Both the position numbers and the translations under genes were made by a program. From NCBI GenBank assembly GCA_964016885.1, contig OZ024743.1:6696001-6760000 (forward strand): 64,000 nt of DNA. The letters run 5' to 3'. The notes beneath the pieces were generated by a model. It was not told the DNA's origin and did no database searches. It saw only the letters and a list, made by a program, of their open reading frames with translations. This DNA is from Eledone cirrhosa. Its lineage: Eukaryota. Below are positions 14,690 to 29,156 of the stretch, piece after piece. The first letter of the stretch is position 1. Every line of letters begins with the position of its first letter.

Positions 14690-15170
14690 TTGTATTTCAG
14701 ATTGATGAAGTGCTTCTACATGGAAAGAGGAAATACAAATGAGGAAGAGTGCTTCTTGGAGATCAAAAGCTCACAGAAGAAAATCGACAACTTATCAGCC
14801 AAGTTGGGCGAGGGTTTTCTTAGTATCGACCAGTAGCATAACTATGGTCGGCGGTCTGTAGATATTTAACATTACAATGTAGTCTCCAAGGAACTACAGA
14901 GGAGGTTCGCTTTATTGTTTCATCAGCGCGACGCCAGTATTACATCAAAATATTGTGCCGGGACATGTGTTTTGGTCAGATCAGTGTGCTATGTACAGTT
15001 ATATTGGTAAAGGTGGAGGGCTTCGGCATTATGCTGTGAATTGTAGTTATCATTTTGTTAATATTGTCACTAAAACACATACTGCGTGGGAGAAGGAGAC
15101 CTCAATAAGGACGAGACTGGTCCAGGTCGTGGAGATAAATGAGCTTTTGTTAAAAAGCGATTTTGCAGAA
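14690..15170 (+). pseudogene. Merlin (IS1595/ISXO2-related) DDE transposase remnant
   Basis: Frame-broken translation QIDEVLLHGKRKYK*GRVLLGD ... IVPGHVFWSDQCAMY ... HYAVNCSYHFVNIVTKTHT matches Merlin motifs IDESxxxKRKYNRGR, PGxxIxSDxWxAY and HxTVNHSxxFVDPxTGAHT. Confidence 0.8.
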
Positions 15171-15689
15171 TATTGATGAAAATCAGATTTTCAGAAAGGT
15201 TCGAGGTTTTTTCTGTAAGCTAAGTATGAATTTCAGTTACTTGTATGAATTCCAACCATACTAAGTATGAATTCCAACCATACTAAGTATGAATTCCAAC
15301 CAGTTACTTGATGAGAGTTTCAAACGAGAGTCAACTATTTTTATGCTATTTTCCAGCATGGAAGACGTTGTGGTGTTTTGTTTTGTTTTGTTTTTATTTT
15401 GGGGATTGGTTTTGTTTTGTTTTTTGTTTTGTTTAAAGACAAATCTGGAAAATTTACTTTGTCTTGGAGATCAAAGGCCACGTTAATTGAAAGTTTTGTT
15501 TTTATGTTAAACTGAGAAATATGGTAACCAACGGCCATGGAAAATAATTTTAGAATTTATAATACTTTATCAAATTTTCTGGCCATTGAAAAAAAAAAAA
15601 TAAATTCCTCTTATTTAACATTTGACCGTAAGAAATTATTGAACAATTTCTCATAATTTAAAAGAATTTTTTATTTAACTGGTCTTAGT

Positions 15690-15790
15690 CTTAGGCCCTC
15701 CTATGCCCTGGGGCATATTGGGCAATGAGTCTCCTCCAATTTACACGATTAGCTGCGGTATCTTGCGTAGTTTCCCAATCCAGTTCAGAA
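15690..15790 (-). mobile_element. RTE-clade LINE 3' end fragment
   Basis: Minus-strand translation LDWETTQDTAANRVNWRRLIAQYAPGHRRA*, typical RTE C-terminal W...A.DR..WR motif. Confidence 0.6.
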
Positions 15791-16669
15791 TGTCTCCAGC
15801 CAGTTTCATGTGCCTTTTGCTGAAGAGAAGTATTTAACCAGTAACAACACAAAAATATTCTAAGCAGATACTGAAACGCGAGCTCACCAAAGAAAAAATC
15901 CCTATGTCAAACAAGCTGGATGCAGCACAGAATCAAACAAAGAATTCTTCTTTGACAGCCAAATAAATATTTAACTTAAGATTTTCTTGAGAAGGGGATT
16001 TTTTCATAGAGAGCCTGAGCTACCATTAGACACATTTGGCAACTGCATAGAGCGCAAACCTTAGAGAGGTTTATTGAACCTTAAAGAATCATAGTTTATA
16101 CAAATTTGTATAATTAACTTTAGATATATATGCGATCAATAAATATATTACTAAAGGTATTTGCCCCATAACAGCTTTCTAGAAATATCCAAAATGGTTG
16201 AGAGGATCGTATGGCGTTATATATTGTCACATGATTTGACGTGGGTGAGTGTGGACTGTGTAGTAGAAAATGCAGACTTGGTAATTTTCTATATGATATC
16301 AGAAAGGAAGTGTCAAAACCTAGGTTTGTCTACTTGCCAAATTGTAAGTTAAAATTATTTTATTTGGGAAAAGGAGGTCGTACATTGTATGGCTATACTA
16401 GGACTTTACATAGCTAGACGTCAGTCCTGTATAGAAACAGTGTTGTCTTTCATCCTGTCTGATATACGAATTGAGATAAGTTTGTAGCCAATGATAATTC
16501 GATTATATTTTCGTTTCCAGCAATGGAATTCCTCACTTGAGTTCATGATTTAAGATTATTTCTTTTCCCGTGGAATATCCGTACATTTTAGTTAGTTTTT
16601 TCATAAGATGTTGTTTGTGCGTGGGGAACTTGTTGTTAATGCTACACTTTATGGTAGATAAAGGGCATT

Positions 16670-16804
16670 TAACTCCTGATGGACTCGTAGGGGCGCCGTC
16701 ATGACACACAGCATGTCTTGAGCATTTTAAACCTGGCGGAGCGGATCCCTCTCTCGGTTGAAACGCAGCCGATTTCTTCCAGAGCAAACAGAGAGAGAGA
16801 GAGA

Positions 16805-16890
<86 letters not shown>

Positions 16891-17031
16891 GGAGGAGGTG
16901 AATTGACCCAGGCATTTGAGTAATATTTTACTTATCGACCTCGAAAGTATGAAAGAAAAGGTTGAGTTCAGCGCACAGAGAGCCGAGGCATTTTTAATCT
17001 GATGCCCTAACGACTCTCTCAATTCACCGCC
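16670..17031 (-). mobile_element. Nin-domain SINE, long-tail family, with internal (GA)n expansion
   Basis: Same head and core as the short-tail family, different 3' tail shared with 25476-25800, 28857-29156 and 35032-35285. (GA)n at about 16790-16886. Confidence 0.75.
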
Positions 17032-17560
17032 TTACTACACTTTATGATAGTGTCTATTTTCCTTTAATCTAGTTATCTAAATTAAACGCAAGTATTAGCT
17101 TTCCGTATTTTCTTACGTAAGATTGCTTTGTTGTGTGTATATGTTAAGTATAAACCCCATCTATTGTATTGCTATTTGCATTTACATTCGCTCATATTTT
17201 TCATTGGTCTCTAGATGTTAGTTTTATATACGTGTTAAGTTTATGCTATTTTGAGGTAAATCTCACATTTATATTTGTAAGACAGGTAACCCATACGAGG
17301 GCACATATTTTTTTTTTTTTTTTTACTTTTTAGTCAGGGAAAGAATGGCAGTACCCCATGGCCCTATTCAAAATCGGGATTGGTTGGAGAGAAGAACGCA
17401 TTTTCAGACCAGAGACTTTACCATAACGCTTAGGCTAGAGCGAACTTTACTAAAGATAAGACAGAATTGTGGTGTTAAACCAGGCGATGGATAAAAACTA
17501 ATTTGTACAGGATCGATGTTGTGATTATTTTTCTAATTTTCTGAATACTACATTATAGCC

Positions 17561-17830
17561 TTAGCCAAGCCTTATCTCATCCACGTATCTGAGGGTCGGG
17601 AGCATGGACTCATGGAACAGCACTCTCCATCTTTTCCAGTCTCTTGCCATTGCTGTACATTCCGCCAAACTCCATCCTGCCCATTCCTTAATATCATCTG
17701 TCCATCTCATTTTCTGCTGTCCCCTGGCCCTTTTCCTTTGTATTCGTCCCTCAAGGATGTAGGTAGTCAAACTTTTGGCCTTGATGACGACCAAAATACT
17801 GACATTTCGTTTTCCTTACGGCGTTGTATT
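17561..17830 (-). mobile_element. RTE/BovB-like LINE 3' fragment
   Basis: ORF 17561-17794 reads ILEGRIQRKRARGQQKMRWTDDIKEW...AMARDWKRWR, the characteristic RTE C-terminus. Confidence 0.85.
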
Positions 17831-18090
17831 GATAGGGCGTTGTATTGATAGAATTGTTAGAGTATCAGATCAAATTCGATCAATATTTATTACGTTTTTT
17901 TTTGTTTGTTTTTTTGTTGTTTTTTTTTGTTGTTGTTTTTTTGTTTTTTTTTTCAGAATTCAAATCCTGTCAAGATAAACTTAGCTTTCCATCCTTCGAG
18001 AGTCGATAAAATAAAGTATTCCAGTACTGAAGCCGACTTAATCGACTACCGATCAATATGCAAATGGCTAACATTGTAAAGTAGAAACTA

Positions 18091-19075
18091 ACAGTGGGGT
18101 GAGCTGAACACCCACTGTCATCGCCTCCATCTCTCTGTGTGGTGAGCTAATGGGGTCCAACGTGCTGGCCTCCCCACAGTCCCGGCGGACAGAATGGAGA
18201 AGACGTTTCTCCGGAGGATGGTAAGGGAGATGCGCTGGACGAGCCATTCCAACTCGCGAGGCTCACACCCGCGGCTGGCCAGCTCAGCGCTTATGGTAGC
18301 GAGTAGGGAAGTAGCCATATGGCCAAGGACACCAGAAGTCGCCACTACCAAGGGTACGACCGCTAACCTGTCGGAGAGCGACCGGTACTTGAAGAGTTTG
18401 GCCTCCTCAGCCCGACGTGCAGCAGAACCTGGGTCATACTGTCTGGCCTTTTGCCGTCCTCTCGGTCCAGCCCCACCGGCTCGAGCTAGGAAGGGAAGCC
18501 TGCAGCGTCCAAGCCATGCTTTATGACCTCGTTGAAGGTAGCATGGCGTGGAATGCGGCCGACACTGTGGCGACAGGAAAGCGGGTGGAGGCCGAAAGAG
18601 TCCACGGTGGATCCACAGTGACATTTATGTCACTGTGGCCAAGCCTCAAGGAAATTCCGGTGCGCAGGTTATGGTTATCCAGCTGCGTGCCAGTGGAGAA
18701 GGGGGCAAGGCGTTGAGACAGGAACCACTGTGGGGTTTGGAGGCCGCGTGAAAACAGGCAAGGCGGTGCTGGTCGAGCTGGCACGTGAGCCTGTCTGAGG
18801 CCAGGCTGCACTGGATGGTATCTCAAATGCATTGGGGGGTCTTGACGTTAGCAGGAGGAAAATGAGGAGGCACGTCAACTGGGTTAAGTCCCAGCCGGTC
18901 TCACGTCTCACAAGCGGCCTCACGTTCCCTGATCACAGAGGGTTCCATTGTGTTTTGGAGAACCCTGCTGACGAGGACGCGGCATGTGGTTACCGACGAA
19001 AGAAACGCCGGCAAAGCCAGTGAGATCGGGGACCGGAGACCAAGGCCACCATACCTGACAGGTAAAGTGGTCTGT
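18091..19075 (-). mobile_element. CRE-clade non-LTR retrotransposon, 5'-truncated and frameshifted (zinc knuckle plus restriction-like endonuclease)
   Basis: GC-rich island. Frames give LDNHNLRTGISLRLG, CRHSVGRIPRHATFNEVI, EPVGLDREDGKRPD and GSAARRAEEAKLFKYRSL...VPLVVATSG...QRISLTILRRNVFSIL. Confidence 0.85.
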
Positions 19076-20224
19076 TGCCATCTAATGTCGTGAAACCTGA
19101 CGTTGCATATTTTAACAAATAGATTTTATATTTATATTAAGGGTTTTTGTTCTTAAAACCGTTAATATATTCCATTCTATAGTGCTTTTACAGACATCAT
19201 CCTATATCCATTTTGCAAAGTCATACTTCATAAGACGACCTTACAGATATTTTGAAGGTAATTGTTTGTAAACATAGCTAATATAATATATACGATGGAT
19301 TACAATGGAAAGTAACGTGTATGAAAGTTGGAATAGAAACTAAATCTCATATTTAGTAAGTTCAAAAGACTTGACCTAAATTTCTTCTCTCCGATTAGAC
19401 AATTGCTCTAGCTAAGGATGGTAGTTCGCGAGACTTTCACCTAGCAGCATATCATTTATTCTTTTGTTAAGTATCTGAATTTAAAAAGTAAGAATATTAT
19501 ATGAAATATATATTGGTTTATCCAGAAGTAAATATTTGCAAATCTATTATTCAAATCAATATATTTGATATAGTTAAGAGAACATTGTGAAATAGATTAA
19601 CATGGCAAAGTTGCCATGTAAATATTAAACTTATTTAAAATCTATTTATTTAATCTACATTTTCCAATAAAAGAAACAATTTTTATGATAAATCATCTAA
19701 ATTCATGTAAAGAAATTAATCAAAATAAATTTTTAATATTTTTTCAAACGATAATACCATTTAATATTACCATTCTTTTCTCATTAAACATCGGATTTAG
19801 TCCTTAACACTGGATAAACCAAAATTATTAGTTTAAAGGAATACAAATTTAGAATGTATCTTTGAGTAAACTAATTTAATCCAGAAATTTCATTTAAATG
19901 AAGAAATGAAGACAGTAATTAGATAAAATAAAAATAATGGGAAGTGTGATTTTCACACTTTTAAATGTTTATTGAGTTAGATTAAAGGATTTTGAAACCA
20001 AAGGTAAGCATTAAATTTTCGGTCTAGTTCATATATTTATAAACTGAAGCTATATTTTTATACGGTTACTTGAATGTCAAAGTTGAAATTTAAAGAATTT
20101 ACAAAATAATGAAGTTGAAAAGTTAGGAAGAATCGGTTGGTTTGACTTGGTTCTTCAAAGGTGCTGCCGCTATTGTTGATATATATATTCTAGAAAAATG
20201 AATGAGTTAATTCAATGTGCGAGA

Positions 20225-20430
20225 TATGTCTTTGTAGATAGACAAGGATGTATCATCCGTTATGTGACCTTGGGTCATTAGGTGTTTCGGATTTTTCAAT
20301 ATCATACATCGTTACCTAGGTGACCCAACCAGAATTGATCAGGCTCCGATATGCATCCCAACAGTAACAAGCCACGAGTCAGCCCTCTATATCCAAAGCT
20401 ACCTGATTTTCTCTGCGGCTTTGCACGCGG
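20225..20430 (-). mobile_element. Possible HERO/NeSL-type RLE retrotransposon 3' remnant
   Basis: Minus-strand translation KAAEKIR*LWI*RADSW resembles the AAEKASxWLWxKR C-terminus; highly degenerate. Confidence 0.35.
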
Positions 20431-22164
20431 ACATAATGTCTCTTCTCTCTGCTACTCCTGTAAAACCCAATCGGGCATGATCACTTGTTTTGTAGATTCA
20501 GATATCATTATATAGTGTGTCTGGTCGGAACAACGTTTATGTGCTGTAATAGATTTACAAAGCCACATTATGCACAATGGTTACATTTTTTCAGTTAGAG
20601 TTGGTGTAATATCATCTATCTTTCAACTACAATTCAATTTTGATTTTTAATTGGTTTCAATGATGGATAAACTTGGATTGAATCATGAATATGTATATTT
20701 GTTTCTTTTTAAACAGCAGAGTATTAATAAGGTTTAGAAAGCAACAAAGAAAGAAAGCTCACTTTTTAACTATTTTAATGTTATCTTTATGTACCTGAAC
20801 AATTGAGTTTTTTGTTGTTTTTTAACCGATTTACCGTTCAATCCTATTTCATGTATCCCTAAAAAGTGAAAGATTTTGATTCCTCGAAATGGTAAACGAA
20901 TTAGCCAAAGTCGTTGTATGCAGAAAAAGGAGGAAAAAATTTCGTGGTCGAATCTCTATCTCAACCATGATTTTTTTTTTTTTTTAATGTCTCAGGATCG
21001 AAATCGATATTCAATCACGAAATCCTTTTTGTCTGTATTCTAATACTGAAAGCAACGAACATCACTTAATCGTTTTGTAATTTTTAAAGAATCTCATTTA
21101 GCTTTCTTACCATCTCTAGTCACAATAATTAAATTTAAGAATTATTCATTTTATTTTTGATTTCTTTTAGTACTTTTTAGTACTTCTATGACTTCATCAA
21201 CAAAACCACTTATTGAGATCGAAATTCAAATGAACAAAAGATGTGTGAATAAATTAGTTTGCGCTAAAACTAAAACAATAATAATCAACATAGCTGGATG
21301 GTTAAACAATTCGATATGCAACGACATGGTTTTGAGTTCCGCCCCACTACGTCAAACTACTATAACCTCGGATTTACCAATACTTTGTAAGTGAAATTTC
21401 CTAAATGGTAATTGTGCAGATGACCTAAGCCATATTTGAACTTAAGGTGTAAAAAGTCTAGACATAACAAGGTAATTTCGTCTACCAATTCAATCACCCA
21501 CCGCCTTTGTATGAGTAGAAATATGGTTATAAAAGTTATCTCCCTTGTTTGCTTCCCAGTAATTAGACTCACTAAAGGGAGTTTCTGTCTTTAAATTGCG
21601 AGGATAGTGTCAGTTGATCGGATTTTTCCCCACTCCCCATATTCAAACTGTGAAACTCTATTTTTTTGTATATACAATTTATGCAGAGCAACCCCCAGTA
21701 AAGAAACTTCGTATTTTGCAATATATATTTTTACTTGTTTAATCACTGTTGCCATAGCTGTTTTCTCTTATGTATAACGTCGAGTTACACTGCTATTGAT
21801 ATACGATTTCAAAACTCACCTAAGAGCATCATTATTATTTTATATTTTCGCCATAGTTTATTTGGGAAAGAAGTATATTCCTTCACTAACAGTATGTTTT
21901 GTTGTCTAGTCAAAGGCATACAGTTTTAAATGTCTGTTCATTCAAGCATTTTGAAATTTCGATATTTGTTATTTATTTGTTTTTATCACAACTTTTACCA
22001 TTTCAATGCGACTAATTTGAAAGTAACCAGCCAGTCATGCGTGAGATATGAATAAATTGAATCGATATCATAAACAGCGAAAGTAAATTAAACATTATAT
22101 GAAGACTGTTTTTAATAAGATTCGGTCAAACTAGAATAAAAACGTAGTGAAGTGGCAATTATTA

Positions 22165-22240
22165 TTGGCTTAGTGGATTAGAACGTTATTACCTTTAGTT
22201 TAGTAATAATAGTTCCTAGTTCGAATCCAGTCTGTGGCTA
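22165..22240 (+). mobile_element. Degenerate tRNA-derived SINE head
   Basis: A-box TGGCTTAGTGG and B-box GTTCGAATCC without a cloverleaf. A more degraded relative lies at about 34320-34400. Confidence 0.5.
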
Positions 22241-22468
22241 TACACACATCAAGGAATAAGTCACCTTGTTAGACATTTGACATGTGTCAAAGAAAACACA
22301 AATTATGTTCAGCAACCATATCTATACATATACAGTTCATATATTTTACATGTATATATGTTCACATATATGATATAGGATTGACCGAGGTTGCGTGAAT
22401 GTGTATGTAAATATACTCATTAGCCGTGTAAACATGTCAAATTTCCCAGTAAATTGAAAAAATGATGA

Positions 22469-22517
22469 ACATCCTTAATTGATTTTCTACTCTTATTGGG
22501 ATCTCTTCAGAGGATAT
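22469..22517 (-). ncRNA. Degenerate type-I hammerhead ribozyme motif
   Basis: Minus strand ATATCCT-CTGAAGA-GATCCCAATAAGAGTA-GAAAA-TCAA-TTA-AGGATGT: 7-bp helix I and intact CUGANGA/GAAA/NUH core, but helix II barely pairs. Confidence 0.5.
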
Positions 22518-22671
22518 TACATCATTGATCAATCCCAATTTTTAAAAATACATAAAGATGATATGTTAACGTGTTTATATAATCAATGTGCATATTTATA
22601 TACAGATTTACGCAGTTTCGGCTAATCTTGTACTGTACATGTACAGATATATAGTATCACACAGGTATATG

Positions 22672-22737
<66 letters not shown>

Positions 22738-22852
22738 GTCCTGACTCTTTTCCTATTACCCACTCTACTACTCTAAGTTTTGAGTACTCTGGTGCGTTAT
22801 GGTCTACCCGGTTATCTTACCACACCCTCTTTTTTGTTTATATATATATATA

Positions 22853-22950
22853 CAGTGGCGGACTGGCCAGGTTGCCATTGTAGCATTGCATGAGCCCACG
22901 GTAGCATTACAAGGTCCACTGTAGTATTTTAGGGGCCAATGCTTTGCTTT
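22853..22950 (+). mobile_element. hAT-type DNA transposon left end (a second one at 23722-23775)
   Basis: Both start CAGTGGCGGACT immediately after a (TA)n run; no matching right end found. Confidence 0.5.
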
Positions 22951-23389
22951 CAAAAAATACCTAAAATCTAAGAGAAAGAATAACATTTTTTTTTAAATAA
23001 ATAAAATAATTAAGTAAAGCATTTGGTCAACCAATTCCCCAGGGAATTATTAGAAACCAAAATATACGACAGTGCAAATAGCTGCAATCAGTGGTTGTAC
23101 ATTCATGCATGCAAACATACATATATAGACAGACAAACAAGCATATATATATATATATATGCACTTACACACGCACTACTAACCAAATAATATTTGGTAT
23201 CAATGGGTTAAACACATCTGTCAAATCAATTAGTGGTGGTAAAGGTGGTGTATATGTAGATATATAGATTCACACACACACGCGCACACACGCACACGCG
23301 CACGCATACACACACACACACGCGCACACACATATATATATATATAATTGTGTTGGATGCTTAAAACGTCCGTATATGGTAGGCCGTAT

Positions 23390-23724
<335 letters not shown>

Positions 23725-24388
23725 TGGCGGACTAGGTCTAAAAATATTGGTTGCCAGATGAAGGGGGCCCACCTACATATAGAATGCTATCATGAATAAA
23801 TTACATTTTCAAAAAATAAATAAGTGGAAATAAAACAGTGCAATCAAATTTTTGCGGAAAAATATCTTACCTTCTCCAATAAAATATATTATGTATTTTG
23901 CGAAATCCAGAGACTTTCACACTCACTCAATATATATATATATGTAGAGAACAAAACGTTGTATCGCGCTGCTATTTTTAGCGGCATGATCAGCAAGTTT
24001 ATAATAACCCGCTTTTACTTGAGGCCTATTTTTGCGTGTGCGTCACTTCAACGGCTTGACCGCATGCGTCGGGCAGTAAGTGAAATATTGACTTACTGTG
24101 AAGTTTGGTACCCTTATAGTATGGAAATAGCTGTCTGAAGATCTAATTCTTTCCATTGGAAATTCTCTGGATTTCCAATCTTTTGATTAGTGAAACCGTC
24201 GGTAACAGCAATAGAACAGGTGAATATTTAAATCGTTTTTTTAATTTATTTAAAAGATTGTTTGATAATTGCTTGCTCCGCTCATTTTTATAGTTCTGGT
24301 ATCTCAAATTAGTACCATCGAACCACAACTATTATAAACACCATGCATATTTCTGTAGGTACCTAGTGCCTGTTGGAATATCCATACC

Positions 24389-24443
<55 letters not shown>

Positions 24444-25475
24444 AAAGCTGCCAAAAATGGTACTAACTTTAGATTTATTTTAATTGTCACAAACTCGCTA
24501 TACCAAAAAAAAATGGAGATTTATTTTAGCTTAACGACAACAACCTTCCGCAATTGCAGCTTAGCTACAAACGACCAGAAAAATAAAGCTTGTGTCACCT
24601 GTAAGTGAATTATAAAACTATTTCATTAAAATATAGATACTTATGTGTAGGATGTCACCCTCCTTCGACAATGTATAGTATCATGATTAGAGTTTTCAAC
24701 TGAACTTCCCATTTTATGTAAATATTAATGAATCAAGATCAACAGAATTATGTTAAAGAAAAATAGGATTGGACATTGCTGGTCTTGTAATCTTTCATAA
24801 AGTTCAAAAGCTATTGTGCTCGTTTGCCGTAACTGATGCCAAAATTCAAAAAGCAAGCTTTAATCGATACTGTGGAACTTGCTTACTATATATAATCTGC
24901 TTATGCTGGCTGATGAAGCTAGAAAACATTGTTTGAATAATCTCTTGTAATCTTTTCTTAAAGCTATTTCGACGAAACTAAGAATACAAGTAAACAAATG
25001 ATAAAACGAGACATACTGATACATTTTACATAAAAATAGTAATTGAAATTTTATTAATTATTCAATTATTTGTCGATATTTTTCAAAACCTTTGTATCAA
25101 ATGACAATGGAATATTTTGTATTAAATTAAAATGTTCAGATAATGTTTTTATACATCATTTTTGTGAAAAGATTATGTGGTATTCTTAGTTTCTTGATAT
25201 TGCTAGGTGGTTATCTTTTGCAGCTTTATTTATTATTATGAGGATCAAAACGATGTATTCCTTAAACTTAATCAGACTTTATTTTTATTGCTGTTAAAGT
25301 CAGCTTTTTATTTTCTGTCATCAGGCAATAGATGTATTGTGTAATAGATGTATTGCGTGTAAATTATGTGGTGTAAACTGTTATGTGGAGCCTTATAGTT
25401 TGTTATTAATATCATATTAATATCATATCATTACTATTTTACTAATAGGTCATACTGCATGTATTTATGCTTTGT

Positions 25476-25800
25476 CCCATAACTCCCGTGGGAGCCTTAA
25501 GGGCACCGTATTAACATATGGCGTGTCTAGAGTATTTTAAACCTCGCGGAGCCCAATCCTTTCCAAGTCTGAATACAGCAGATTTCTTCCAGAGAAGGAT
25601 AGCGGTTAAGAGAATGGAAGTGAGAAGGAGATATAGGGGAAGAATCGGTCCCAGAATGGCTGGTGCTTTTTTTTATCGACCTTGAATGGATGAAGGCAAA
25701 GTTGACCTCGACGGGATTTTGACTCAGAGAGTAGAGAGCCGAAACAAACACTACAAAGCATTCTATCCGACGTTCTAACGACTCTACTAATTCGCCGCCT
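25476..25800 (-). mobile_element. Nin-domain SINE, long-tail family
   Basis: Minus-strand head GGCGGCGAATTAGTAGAGTCGTTAG, B-box-like GAGTCAAAATCCC, core GCCTTCATCCATTCAAGGTCGATAAAA, tail shared with 28857-29156. Confidence 0.85.
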
Positions 25801-27739
25801 ATTGAGTCATATTATCAACTAATTATTTTATACAAGGTTTTTATTAGTGTGATATAATGTATTGCAGTGACTCCTTGTTGATGATGATTTGTAGTAAACT
25901 TGGGAAAATATGGTACTTATATAAATAACATATATATAAGTTGTATAACATCTCATCAAAGTGAGACTGGTACGTTGTTCCAAATCCATCTTGTGTGTGG
26001 AGGGGGTGTTTATACTTAAATCCATTCGTATTTGTGAGTGTGTCTATACTTAAATTTATTCGTGTGTGAGTGTGTGTGTGTATGTGTCTATACTTAAATT
26101 TATTCGTGTGTGTGTTTGTGTGTGTGTGTGTCTATACTTAAATCTATTCGAAGCTGAGGCAGATACGAATCTTTGAGTAATGACAGAATGAAGACTTAGC
26201 TTCGAATAAATAAGCTCTATACTACATGTATTGAGTTCTTTATGCATTCAAATGTATATATTTGCGTGTATGTGTGTCTGCGCGTGCTCGTACGTGTAAG
26301 AGTATTTGCGTGTGTTTTTGTGTATGTAATTGCAAATTTGTGTCCTCGTGTGTTTGTATATGTACGTGTGTGTTAGTGTGTACATGTGAATATACAGAGC
26401 ATATATATAAACATGTATACGTGCACATATACAGTATACACATATATACACATATACACACCAATTACACGTTGTGTGTGTATGTGTGTTTGCCTTTTAG
26501 ATATTTGTTTATCTTTTAATAAGCATATATAAATAAAGGAAATGAGTCGTTGTTTAAAGCTATTTTTGAAATTACTTTCGTCAATAAATGTTATCAATCG
26601 TTTCATCCATATTTGAAATTTAGCCTACAGGAAATGAAGCACCCGAATATCATGAACCGAACAGTGGAACACTACAAAACTTTAAATGTAATCTTTTATC
26701 TTAGTTATAACACTAAGACTGAAGTAAAACACTTTCGATTACAATCACTTTGATATTATGTTCTTTTTTTTTTATTTATTTTCATTTTCATTCTTTACAT
26801 GAATAAATGTTCTGTTCGTAAACACTCAAGATAATATTCAGTACAATTGTCAATCATGACGCATTAACGATTTACTTGAACAGTCTCAAATTTTGATTTC
26901 AAATAAATTAACAATGTGTCCGTTCATTCAATGATAATAATATAACGATATCTTTTTTAACAAGAGATAAGATTCAATAATTTTCGAGATAATGAACAGA
27001 GATAAACATAGCAATTCACGTGCATTTCACGTCAATAAGCTACTGCAACGTAATTTCTTTTTCTATCTATATTTATTTATCCAATAGCAACTTCTTAATA
27101 AGAATAATAATTAGAAAGAATATTTATTGTTATGAGGCATTTCTCATGTTCATATATTTGAAGTCAAAATTCAGAAATAAATTTTATATTAATGAAATCC
27201 TAATTAAAATATATATAAAATATTTTAAACAATATGATCTCAGAAGTTTCAAATACTAGATTCCTTTTCCTTTCGGTAGAAATCTTTGTCTTGCCTTTTT
27301 TATTCAGCCCATCGCTGTACAGCAAGAGAATACGCCTCTTGTGCACAATGGTTCCATATATAACTACGAGCCAGTCACATAAAATATTCAAAAACTATAT
27401 AATGTGGAAAGATATATAAGGCTAAACAATGCAAAATGGACTGCAAGATGAAGGTAACGAAAAAGTAAGTTACTTGGTAATCTTTGTTTTGTTTTTCTTG
27501 TTGTTGCTGTTTAAAAACTAATTAACTTCGCGCTAATAAATTAACGTAAACATGAAGAAGCAAGGAAAAAAGTAGGAACTGAAAAAAAACCTTTTCTTCC
27601 TTTACAAAACATGAATGAATCGTCGGTTATAATTGCATTATAAGAGATTTCATGTTTTTACGCATGGAAGGTTCGCCAGAAGCGACTAGATCGTAGTTGG
27701 ATATAGAACCACCTTGGTGCACAAACATAGATGGGTTGA

Positions 27740-28095
27740 ATACTAAAACACAGCCAGATGAAGATTTCCATCGAAAGGAAACGGTGTCTTTAAAACGACA
27801 GAATTAAGAGTTCTTCGTGACGTAATTCATTTTTCGCTGACACCTACATATCGAAAACTGTGAACCACCCATCATGTGGTGCAAGGAATGCCGGGAAAAG
27901 TAAGCAGCTTAAGTACGCCTCACTACAAGTCACATATATGTTTGAACCAGTGATGATAGAAACAATTGGAATCACCAAAAAATCGACGAAGGTATTTATC
28001 AACGCCACTGGGGCAAAGATAGTTGAAGTGAATGGTAAAGCGGTCTCTATTTCACAAATTGGTTTGGTAATCGTCCGTTATAATGTTTTGTGAGC
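27740..28095 (+). pseudogene. Old CRE-clade endonuclease fragment
   Basis: ARNAGKSKQLKYASLQVTYMFEPVMIETIG...IGLVIVRYN matches the CRE motif AExxKxxKYxxL...FxPxxxETxG...IxRxN also seen at 18118-18624. Confidence 0.7.
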
Positions 28096-28568
28096 TGCTG
28101 GCCAAAAAAGAATATAGACAAATTTTAAGTTTTAAAAAATAATTTTGACTATGAATAACATAATTTGGGACTGAGTGGAATATTGATAAAAAAAAATATA
28201 GTTTTCCTTTAAATGTAATTCCCATGACTCTACTGAGAAAAGTTTTGAAAATCGAAACGCAGCTACATACAATATAGATTTATCTTATTATTTCTGTTTC
28301 ACTTTGTACAATAAAATTAATACAAGAAACCAGTTGCTACTTTTAAATGTATACTCATAATGTATAATATAATCTTATTTTAAATATAATTAAATTAAAA
28401 CTGAGAAATATTTATAAATATCTAAGTGTAATTTGCTTTTATTCACAATAAACTTAATAGAACTAGTTGTAATTTCGTGGCAAAATGTCTGCGACCTTGT
28501 TTCAGCTTGCATCATTTTATTTGCAAAATTGATGGTTCCTAGCTTTTCTAAAGGAATGCACTATCAAT

Positions 28569-28639
<71 letters not shown>

Positions 28640-28856
28640 TTAGAAAATTACTATTTTCATACAAGCTTCAAGACCTTGCTATTACTCGATTAAACGACAA
28701 GCCACCTAAACAAACATTTAAGTTACATCAGATAAAATGGAAATATATACAAAGTGTATGATAAGTATTGTATAATTTTATATACCCATATACCAAAAAA
28801 CTAAACACTCACCAATAATTAAAAAAATATGAACGTCGAAGTAATGAACATATGCA

Positions 28857-29156
28857 TGGTCCCGTAACTCCTGGGGGAGTCGAAGGAGAACCATATTGAC
28901 ATACGACGTTTCTAGGACATTTTTAAACTTGGCGGAGCCCAATCCCCTCCAGGTCTGAATAGCAGATTTCTTCCAGAGAAGAATAGAGAGAGTGAAAGAA
29001 TGGAAGTGAGGAAGAGGTATAGAGGAAGTATAGACTGGTACTTTTTTATCGACCTTGAATGGATTAAAGGCAAAGTTGACCTCGGCGGGATTTGAACTCA
29101 CAGAGTAGAGAGCCGAAACGAATACCGCAAAGCCTTCTATTCGACATTCTCACGGT
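28857..29156 (-). mobile_element. Nin-domain SINE, long-tail family
   Basis: Collinear with 25476-25800. Confidence 0.85.

Noticed and set aside
22165-22240. Possible tRNA gene
   Set aside because: A and B boxes are present but acceptor and anticodon stems do not form; treated as a SINE head.
24905-24990. CTGATGA followed by GAAAAC and GAAAC
   Set aside because: I could not build consistent helices I and II with a cleavage triplet.
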